Origin: a virus
Lineage: Duplodnaviria > Caudoviricetes
Strand: one strand, 5' to 3'
DNA length: 48,847 nucleotides
IMG/VR virus record: IMGVR_UViG_3300032225_000532
Span: 1 to 48,847 of that record
A model generated the notes under the pieces. It was not told where the DNA came from. It saw only the letters and a program-made list of their open reading frames with translations, and ran no database searches. Shown here piece by piece: positions 27,072 through 37,300 of the stretch (positions are counted from its first letter, which is position 1; each line of letters begins with the position of its first letter). Position numbers and translations under genes: made by a program.

Positions 27072-27315
27072 ACCTAGATACCAGCAAATGCTCAAGGACG
27101 CGGTTGACCAAAAGCGCATTGAGAATGAGGATTATGTTTTGGAGAATCCAAAGCTTGAGGAAACTATCAGGCAGATTAAATTTGAATGCCCGAATAAGTT
27201 TCATTCTCCTCAAACACTGGCAGATAGATTGTTTTATGACGAGCCAGCATCCCCTAGAGCTCCCATTAACCATTCGGGATTTTTACGTAAGATGACTCCA
27301 CTGAATCGTTACTGA
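27064..27315 (+). CDS. Hypothetical protein
   Basis: 83 aa from MLEPR. Confidence 0.65.
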   Translation: MLEPRYQQMLKDAVDQKRIENEDYVLENPKLEETIRQIKFECPNKFHSPQTLADRLFYDEPASPRAPINHSGFLRKMTPLNRY

Positions 27316-27581
27316 TGATTCGCAGAAAAATCAAACCCATCCTTAGAGAGACACTTCTTGATAACTTGGATGGCTTGACTGTTAATGAGTTGATAAAGAA
27401 AACAGGAGTTGACGGAGACTACATAAGGAAAACTTTACGCAGCATGGAGGATGTTTATATTGATAGATGGTATATCTCTCATAGGCCAAACAGAACTCAA
27501 GCTGTGTACTGCATAGTCAAAGTTCCCGAAGATTGCCCACGACCAACAAGGAAGCAATATGAAAAGAGAGTTAATAACTGA
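27315..27581 (+). CDS. Winged-HTH-like protein
   Basis: 88 aa; DGLTVNEL...DVYIDRW...PEDCPRP. Confidence 0.75.
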   Translation: MIRRKIKPILRETLLDNLDGLTVNELIKKTGVDGDYIRKTLRSMEDVYIDRWYISHRPNRTQAVYCIVKVPEDCPRPTRKQYEKRVNN

Positions 27582-27840
27582 AGCATCTGTTGAAGCGTTG
27601 ATTAAAAACATAGACGAAGAAGACAGGCGCTCTCTTTCTGTTTACACGCACATGATGTTAAAAGCATTTGCGAAAAAGGAGGGCTACAAGATTGCGTTAA
27701 TTTTTGACAATGATGACTCATCAGGTATTGCAGCTATCAACATGACTACAGAGGAGGTAATGTATGCACTGGCTAGTGCGCAAACACATATGTACGAAAT
27801 CATCACTCAAGACATGCCGTCCAAAGACAGGTTCAACTAA
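27559..27840 (+). CDS. Hypothetical protein
   Basis: 93 aa; overlapping operon gene. Confidence 0.75.
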   Translation: MKRELITEASVEALIKNIDEEDRRSLSVYTHMMLKAFAKKEGYKIALIFDNDDSSGIAAINMTTEEVMYALASAQTHMYEIITQDMPSKDRFN

Positions 27841-28040
27841 TGAATGAACACGAAGAAAACCTCAGAGACCTAGCGGCTATGTTCGCTATGTGTGGCTTGG
27901 TGATGCGCAATGGCCCTGATGCCAGTACCCTTCCCAAAGCGTTTGTGCTTGCGGACGAGTTCATGGTTGAACGTTTAAACGTTGGTCATGGTCTGGTGTC
28001 TATCAAGCCAACGAAAGTAAAGCGTGACGTACAGAAATGA
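27840..28040 (+). CDS. Hypothetical protein (LRDLAAMFAM type)
   Basis: 66 aa. Confidence 0.75.
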   Translation: MNEHEENLRDLAAMFAMCGLVMRNGPDASTLPKAFVLADEFMVERLNVGHGLVSIKPTKVKRDVQK

Positions 28041-28323
28041 CAAACTTCTGAAGGCTGTGCGGGAAGCGCCCTGCCAGCAATGTGGGATACAGAATGGCAC
28101 TGTGGTAGCTGCCCACTCCAATCAGATGCGTGACGGCAAGGGCCGGAGCCTCAAGGCAGCAGACTACCGTATCGCAGCCTTATGCCATTACTGCCACTAC
28201 GAAATTGACCAAGGCTCCAAGCTCACCCGAGAAGAACGTTTAAACATCTGGGAAGATGCTCACCGCAAAACTATAGGGTGGCTTTTTGAGAATGGACATC
28301 TTACGGTTGTGCCATCTTCCTAA
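28024..28323 (+). CDS. Zinc-binding HNH-like protein (DUF1364/DUF968-like)
   Basis: 99 aa; PCQQCG, VVAAHSN, LCHYCHYEID. Confidence 0.75.
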   Translation: MTYRNDKLLKAVREAPCQQCGIQNGTVVAAHSNQMRDGKGRSLKAADYRIAALCHYCHYEIDQGSKLTREERLNIWEDAHRKTIGWLFENGHLTVVPSS

Positions 28324-31300
28324 CAAGCTGAATGCTACTAGTTAGCATATCTTGAGTCTTGGCAATCTCATCCAGCATCTTGCGTTTCTCATCTGCGGGC
28401 ATTGGTGTAGAACGAATCATTGCAGCCTGAGCATTTAGTTTCAGCATTTGGGTATCTACCGAGGATACATACTTCTTCACCCCAAGCATGGAGATGTTCT
28501 CGTTTACGTATCCTGCAAGGTCAGGGCTGGCTTGCTTCTCCAGTAGATTGACTGTCCGCACGGTCTGGTCAACTGAGTGCTTCAGGTCATAGAAGGCACT
28601 GACCTGACCCCTTGCTTCAGGGTCAAGCAGGAACCGTTTTAATACGGGAGTCTGTTCAAACCGCTGGGATGCCTTGGGGTTGTCGCTACCGGCGCTGTAG
28701 ACCGCATCCATCACATCAGATAGGTAAGTGCCCATCGTTCCTGTGTAGCCCTTGTATATATGGTCAAGCATGATGGGAGATGTGCCGGTCTGCTTCCCAA
28801 GGAATTCAGCAAATTTGCTAGTGCTTGCGTTGACTTGGTACTCAGGAGCAATATTCTTCATTGCTTCGCTGACAATAGGACGTTGTGTAAACACTGAGTA
28901 GTTGTCCCGAGCTTCCATCAACGGAGCTACTGCCTGCGGTACAGGGTTAAACGCAAACGTGGATTGCAGCGCCCGCTTCATGGAGTCAGCCAAGTCCTTG
29001 GATGTATCTGCGCCGTAGTAGTAGCGATAGATACGTTCTGGGATTGTTTTAAACAACGTACCCACCTCAAATGGAATGGGTAGCTTGATACCCAATGAGG
29101 GTATGAGCCAGTAATTGTCCTTGGTCTCTTGTTCTTGCTTCTCGTAATCAGGGTCGCCCATGACTGCTGCGGCGTACATAGTACTCAAGGCCATGAGAGT
29201 TGCACCACGAATCAGCATAGCCTTTTGAACCTGCTTCTCGTAAGCAGTGGCGTTCTTGTCGTAGAACGGACGCACACCTGCGCGGAAGAACACATCCAAG
29301 CCTTGGACACGGGCGTTCAAGAACGGGATAGCAGCGGCTGCAATACGAACTACGGCAGACCTGCCCTTGCGGTTGAAGTTCATCACCTCCAAAGCGCGAC
29401 GGATAGCTTCTGCTTCGTTGCCAGTTTCCTTCAAGGTGGACTCGTAGACAGCTATGCGTGTTGCAGCATCGGATGCTCCAGTTCCATGCTCAAGGAAGTC
29501 CCAGACACCGGTAAATGGTTTAAACAGTTTCTCTGCCCCGCTCTGGGTTCCAGTTTTCTTACGGAGGTCTTTGGCAAGAGCCTCTGCTCCAGCTTCCACA
29601 TTGCGAGAAAACTCGTATCCACCCAATACACCTGCATTGAGCAAGGCTTGGTAGCTTGGTGAGCGGTGCATCATTACATCGCCAAAGTTCTTGACGGTGG
29701 AGACAACTGGATTGATGTTTGCACCGCTGGTGATGTACGCAGATACAGAGTCACGCATCATGTTAGCAAGCATGAATCCGGGGTCTTTGGTGACCAAGGT
29801 ACGGAGGATATCAGCGGGCTTTGCCAGAATGCTGAGGAACGGTAGTTCTGGCAGATTTAAACTGCTGACGGCCTCAACCCAGAGCTTGTCTGCGCATTGA
29901 TATGACACCTTCTTACCATTCTCCAGAATGGTGATAGTGTCTGGTGAAGAGGAAACCGCAGGGAGCTTTGTAACCATCCCCAATATCATTCCGTTCTCTA
30001 CAGCCTTCTTGGCTGCAACATTTTTCATACTTGCCTGAATGGCAGCTTGAGTGTTACGGACAATGGTCTCAAGGTAGTCCTCAATAGGGCCAGTGCCTTT
30101 ACCCGTTAGAGTTTTGGGAGCTTTAACTCCAGCAATGCTTTGATAGATGCTTGGGCCAAGCGTATTCTCACCATCCATCTGACGGTACAGCGGAAGGTAG
30201 TCTGAGTACTTCATAAACTCTTGACCGGCTGCTTGGGTGATGATGCCTGCATCTACTTGCATCTTGACTATGCCGTTGTTGAATTTAATCCATTCCTTCT
30301 GAACGTCAACAAACTCGGGATACTTTTGTTCCAATGTCAGCGCATCTTTGATTTCTTGTGGAGTCATCAACTCAAAGCGACCCTCACGGCTTAGTCGTGT
30401 TCCCCGTTTGGCTGCACTCCAAATTTGATACGACCGGTAGATGTCAGGGTCACCGTGGCGGGCCAACGGAGAGATGATTTCCACAAGACCTTTGACAGTA
30501 CCGTTCAGGGTACTGACGGTGAAATAACCATTCTTCAGTACTACAGTACCACCCATGCGGTCGCCAACACCCAATGCAGACGCTGTAACACCAGCAGCCA
30601 TATCAGAGTTCAAAGATGCCCAATGTGCGCTTTGGTCTGCTAGTAGTTCAATGCCGCCCATTTGCTTGGCGACCATCTTGTCGTAATCGTTTAAACGGTT
30701 ATAACGGTCAAGGAAGTTTTGACGAATGTAACTAAATGCCTCTGGTGCTAAGGCGTTGGTGATTCGCTCTGCGAATCCCTTAGTCTCCCGTGGAGGAGTG
30801 ACCCTGCTCATGGTAGCCAAGATGGCTGCGCCATTGGGCATACTGCTTATATCTTTCTTGACGTTAGTGCGTAGGCTGGCACGGGCTGGTTCGCGGTTTT
30901 CTTGTTCACGTTCACGCCTACCAGTTTCTTCGTTCATCCGCACCATTAGTGCGTTTACTTTGTTAAAGTCTTTGCCAACGTAATCTTCTACCGCTTTGTT
31001 TAATCTGCGGAATGACATTGTTTGTTCGCGCTTTAGGTCTTGCGGACGCAAGTCACTGGCAACACGACCCGAGGCCAAATCCTCTGCACGGTTTACTTTT
31101 TCATGCAAATCCCAAATGTTTTGAGGAACCCAGTCCGGTGCTGTTCGCAGGCTCTTGCGAATATCAGGGTTGTTGATATCGTATGTACCTTCATTGCCGG
31201 TGGCAGACTTAATTTGGCTTGGCTCGTAGACGGCTAGGTTTTTACGACCTTGCTCAAGTATGTAGAAACCATCAAACCCAGCATCTTTGATAGCTTGCTG

Positions 31301-34300
31301 TACATCTTCACTTTCAATGGCGTTCCAATTGCCAACCTTGATAACGGGGCCAATGTCTTTGTAGCGAACCATTCTTCCATCGCCAAGCATGATGGGATAG
31401 TCGCCTACATTGTCCTTGAGTGAAGCAACAACTTTGTTGACATGTGCAGAATTTGCATAGTCAAACGGGTTCTCTGCCTTCACGTATGCAGGGACAATGT
31501 TTGGCCCGCTAGGCAGCATCTCTTTGTATGCCTCTACAAGCCTATCCGCAGCTTCACCAACAGGCTTGTCGGATTGAAGACTTTTAATAATGCTTACAGA
31601 CGTTTTGGTCTTGCCGTATTCTGACTTGACATTTTTGATTGCAAGCTGGACTGCATCCTTCATCTGCTGAGGAGTCAAAAACTCTTCAGCATGGCTTGCC
31701 ATCCAGTCAACAGACATGTTGCTGAACTTACCCGCAAATTCTGGGTCTTCCGTAAGAAAAATAGCCCCGGCCTGCTTAGATTTAAACGCAGTAATGTCTC
31801 GGGCTGTACCGTGGTACATGACCTTGGGATTGCCATTAGCGTCTACAACCTTGCTGTCACCAAACCACTGTTTAAACTCAGCAGTCTGTGGTGCAGTGCG
31901 CAAGCTGGCGCGAACATCTGGGGTGATGTTTGTATCGGTAGCCCACTGGGGCAGTAGACCAATCTTTTGGTCTGCATACTTAGTCTCTTCTCCAGACGCA
32001 GTCTTGTTGAATTCTGCGTAGGGGCCAAAGTTAACCACTGAATTCTGACCGCGAGTTCCAGCAGTCATAGCTCTCGCTGCAAGAGGTGAGTACATGCGGA
32101 CATGAGACTGGAATGCGTTCTCCTCTCCCTCTGCCCTGAAGCCAAAGCCTTCCTTGACATGACCATAGAAGTCATGCGTTGCTCTAAATACTTCAACCAC
32201 CCTAGCTGGTCTGCCGGAAATCATAATGTCCGTCAGGGCTAGTGCGGGGTTTTTCTTAATCTGCTCTTCAGTGATTGCTGCCGAGCCAAACCCACCATCA
32301 GCAGGGAAGACATACAGATGGTTATTGTTTATTACATCAAGTATGGCGTTGCGCGGATTCCCATAGGGGTCTCTGTTGTTGGGCATGAACTCAATAGTGA
32401 TGCCGGTCTTGAGCATTGCCTTGTATTGAGCAATGGTCTCATCAGCCCAAGCATCGTAAGCAGCTTTGACCTCTGGCGCTGACGGGTTGTCCTTCATCTG
32501 CAAGAATGCATCAGCCAACCTCTTGGAGAAGGCTGGGTCTATCTTGTAGTAGCTTGCCTGCTGCCGATAGGGAATACCCGATTTCTCTGCGTGAAGAATA
32601 GCGGCTTCCCGTGCCGGGACATAGGGGCCAAAGGTGACCTCTACTCCATCGACTTTTGCTTTTGCGGGGAGCCCTTCAACAGGCTCCTCAACATAGGGAT
32701 ACTTTGCCCTTGTCTCGTCATCCAATAACCGTACGCTTCTTCGTACTCCTCCTTGCTTGGGAAGTCGCTCTGCTTCGGCTTTGAGTTCTCTAGCTCTTTG
32801 ATTTTGTTCCTTAGTTCCATATCCTACGCCCTCGTTAAAGTATTTTTCAACAGCATCGTCCTGAGCTTTGATTAGGTCGTCATAGTCTTCAAAGTATTGG
32901 TCAGGAGATTTAACAGATGGAGGCGTATCATTTTCAGGGTCATAGACCATGTAAACAACATCAGGCTCACCATTATTAAACTCTTGGAATGTTTTTTTGT
33001 CCCAGTTATCTGGAATGTACTCTTCATTCCATGCGCTTCTTCCGGTTACTTTAAAGCCATTGTCATAATAAATCTGAGGGAGGATAGTATCAAATGCATC
33101 TAATTTTCTGCCGCCTTCTTGGACAGCTAATTGCAAAATAGATGAGGCAGCGCCTTTGTGCTCTGGAGAAGTGAACACAGAAACAATATCATTGTTCTTT
33201 AAAGCAAATCCAGCTTTACCATCCTTCGTAAGGAAGGTACGCATTTTTGAATACTCTTCTTCAGAGTACACGCCTACGGCAGCACCGTATTTGCTGCTAG
33301 ATTTTGATTGCTCTATAGAGTCCTTGAATGCATCAGCATCCTCAGGATTCATTTCATAGAAGGTTGGGGATTTGTGATTGAACTCACCAACCGTGTTTTT
33401 GAAGTCTTCTGTCGGCACGTAGGCCGCAATGGACTCTCGTCCTAGTACCCGAACTCCTTCGCCATCTCTAAAGCCTTCTCGCGTGTGAGAGTCGGGTGCT
33501 GCTTCATTGCGTCCTCTATAGGATTGAATGGCTGTTCGGAGGCTTGCCCGCTTTTGGTCATCTCCTTGACCGCGTTGATTAGATACCTCGACCGCTCTTG
33601 CGCCGTCATTCCCGCCGTTAGGTTGTCCAGTGAAGACCACAGAGGGTCTCTCTCGTCCAGTACCCTCTCGGGATTTCGCAATGATTGCTTCTTCGTATCC
33701 GATGTCATCTGCTGTCCTTCCAGTTAGCTTTGCGTATAACCGTTTTTCATAGTACCACAGCGCAGCTTGAATATCCGCAAGGGTCAGCTTGATGCCATCT
33801 TTCGCAAGAATACTTTGAGCTTTTTTAGCCGCATCGTACATAAACCTGCGGTCTCCAGCGCCAAACGGCGCTTCCTCAAGCATCTCGTACTCGTTCTTGT
33901 GGATGGTGTTTGCCATCTTCTCAAGGCGGTGCTCAAACTCCAACTGTGGGTACGCGCTACCAGCAACCCTTTTGGCTTTTGCAGTCCATGCAGGTTTCTT
34001 TGCGTTGGTGTCTGGCTCTTTAGACTTGGCAAGGTGCTCAAGTTCGGTTGTGTAGCCGTACTCCTTATACTTGTTACGCAGCGGTATGCTGGCTGCAACA
34101 ACCTCTTCTCTGGTTGCTTCAGGCATACCCATCATTTCGCGGAACTTATCAATCGATGCCTCAGTCGCCCGAGGGATAAGGAGACCACGCATCCTATTGA
34201 TGGAGCGAGTCCACCACAAGTCCATCGTCAGGTAGCCTTCTGAACCGGACAGGTTTGCATAGAAAGCGCCCAGCTTGGGGCCAAAGTAAATAGCTGCCGC

Positions 34301-37300
34301 TGGAACTCTGCTGTTTGCTAGGTAGTCATTGTTGGTTTTCTCACCTTTACTACGCAGGAACGCATTCATCTCCTTGACAGTAATTTCTCTCCTCAACTCA
34401 TTTTCAAAATTTGCCTCACCATAATCATTCATCAAATCTTGGATAGCCACAAGATTCTTTTCAAGAGCAGTGGGTCTGCGGTTACCCATTGCAACCAGTG
34501 GCTTACCCGTACGCAAATCTGCATACAGTTTAATGGCGTTGTCGATGTTCTTATCAACCCGCTCCCCATTGGATGTGACTGCTACAAGGGCGGAGAATAC
34601 TGAACGTGCATATTGACTCTCAGCCAACTCAGGAAAACGAGCAGCCAGCAATTTGACTGCGTTGGGGTAGTTGTGTGAATACCATCCAGTGCCTGTTCCG
34701 GTCTTGGATTTGGTTGTCAGTTGATAAGAAACCTCATCAGCCATAGCGTCAGCAATCCGCTGGACATCTTCAGGAGTGTGATTTTTCTCATCCATCCGAC
34801 CGTGCTCTTGCAGGGTCTTGTTGTTTAAAGCAATGGCAACGTCACGGACATTGTTGCTGTTGGCAGCGCCCTTCTTCTTGACAGTCTCCAGCCCAAGCTC
34901 ATTCTGAGCAAATGCAGTGTTCTGCTCCATGATGGCTCGTGTAGAGAGTGGAACACCCTCCTCTGCTGTACGCAGGCTTGGCTTGGCCTCTTCATTCTCA
35001 GCAGCCTTGGTAGCCTTCAACTCACCACGCTCCACCTTGCCAAAGATATCCTCAGCGGTCTCATAGCCTGCACCGTTCAATGCAGCACGCAGATTGCGGA
35101 AGAACTTGCGCATCGCATCCAGAAGCTGGGCAAACAATCCCTTGGGAGCGCCGTTTACATCAAAATCAGCAAATGCGTCGGCAATGGCCTCCTCACGCAC
35201 CTTGTCCATGTCGCCCTTGTAGTACTTCTTGTAGGCATCGTAACGGGACTCCTCTCCCGCCTTCAGGGGACTACCGTCTCTGCTGCGTTGTTTGAGGTAC
35301 TTGTCTGTCCATTCCTTGTCTGCTTTTTCCTCCAGAATCCTCCACTGACCGGGCGTAAAGAATCCCAAGTCCTTTAAACCGTGGATGGTCTCATGGCGCA
35401 GGACTCGGACAGGGTTAGCTGCGTCCAAAGCCACTGTGACGACACTGGCTCCATAGGAGCCTTCATCTACCATAGCCTCTTCAATCTTGAGGGCTACATC
35501 ACCTAGACCAAACTTGCGCAGCATAGGCAGGAGCTTGGCATGCAGGGCTGTAGCCTCTGCGCTTGGGCCTTTGGGTGCGGGAGGTTTAGGAGCGGGCAGA
35601 GCCAACACAGGCTTCTTGCGGCGTTCCTGTTCCTTCTTTAAACGGTTAGCAAACCCCGGGGCTTTGGTCTGGGTAGCCAACTCATTTAAACGTTCCTCTG
35701 GCAGGTTCTCCAGAGCATGCTGCTCTGCTTCTTGCCGGGTGTTGAATGCCTTCTCTTCAACGCCCTTCTCTTTGACGGTGAATGTTTTACGGTTGGTAGG
35801 CTTGCCAGCCTTCTGCACAGTCACAGGCTTTTGCAGCATCTGCTTCTTAGCATTCAGGTTTTGAATAGTCTTGTTGGCTTTATCGACAACACCAGCGTGA
35901 CGGGCCGCTGCCTGTGTGTACTGCGGTGTATTGAACTTGCCTTCTGCCTCCATAGCATCAAGAGCCTTTTGGCTGTCAGCTACGGTGGCGTTTTCCTTGT
36001 TGATTGACTTGTCTATCTGCTGGATGGCGGGCGCTGCGTCCTTGCCTAGCTTCTCAGCCTTGGCGGTGGCCTCTGCCTCATCATTGGTGGCGAACAGCAT
36101 CTTGCCGTCGCGCATGACGTTAAAGCCTGTACCTTCTGCCGGAGCAGTGCCTTCTTCAATGTTGAACTCGGCCTGAGCGCCCTTTTGTTGATAGGTAACC
36201 TCGTTTTTGGAATTCAGGTCAATGTCACCATTGCGGTTTGCTTCACGGAACAGAGTCTGTACATCCGCGTCATTCTTCAGGCCGGTCTGGTCTTTGATGA
36301 CCTGATTAGCTTCATCTATCGATACAGGCTTGGCGATAGGTTTCTCGCCTTCCTTTACCACCTCTGTTCCGCCTAGCTTGCGGTCTTCCACAAGCTTTTG
36401 GAGAGCAGCCACTGCCTTGTCGTATTGCTCTTTGCTGTAGTCAGTAGCGTTACGTTTCTGCGGAAGAATCTGGGTTTCTTCAAATCTTGGCAGGGAAGAC
36501 AATGCTGTAAACGCAGAATGAAGCTGAGGCTGAGTCAGTTGCTCAAGCTCTGCATCTCCAGTTGAACGGCGCAGGAAGTCTTTGAAACCCTCTGTAGTGG
36601 TATCAATGTTCTTTTGTTTAGCTACCTCAAGGACATCGGTGGGTTTGTATGTGATTTCACCAGTGTGTCCGCTCTTGGCTGCAATCAGACTGCTCAGGTC
36701 TGCCTGTTCAGCTTCAGGTAGCTGATTGGGCATTGCATTGCGGATGTCTTCAATTGAATAGGTATCAAGCGCAGGCTTGCCTGCTTTCTTGCGTTGTGTA
36801 TCTATGTACTTGGCAACCGTCGGGGCTCTGCTGGCAAGCTCTTCCTTAGTGAAGTTACCCAACGGGTTGTCCAGCATGTCTCCAACTGCCAGATTAGGTT
36901 TGACCGGAGGGGTTACTGTAGTCTCTTCAGCCTTGGGCTGTACCTTCAAGAGGCGGTTGTATTCAGCAGCCAAAGCTGTAACGCCGGGGCTCATCTCTTT
37001 GAGTTGGGCGGTAATTTCTTGGTTGTGTAAACGGTCTGCTGTCTCAGTCTCAGAGCCAGCTACAACCTTACGCAGTTGACCCTTCAGGTCATTCTTTGCT
37101 TGCTCTGCTGCCTTGTATTCGGCGGAGAGAGTCTGGAAATACTCAGGGGAACTCTTCTTCCGCTCTTCTTCAGCGGCGGCTAGGGCATCCAGCTTGAGTT
37201 GTTCCTGCTGGGCTGCTTGTTGCTTTGCAGCCTCACCCATGTCATAACGGGCCTGTGCATGTCCACGCTCTACATATCGACCGGCAGGGCCTAATACTCC

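Noticed and set aside
31843-32028. Third nested +1 ORF at an SLRT junction (also checked near 34990 and 31190)
   Set aside because: Composition is typical of a shadow frame, there is no clear RBS, and the main frame there is conserved domain sequence.
2732-36325. ATCGAT as a second enriched palindrome
   Set aside because: About a dozen copies seen, close to chance for a 6-mer in 49 kb.
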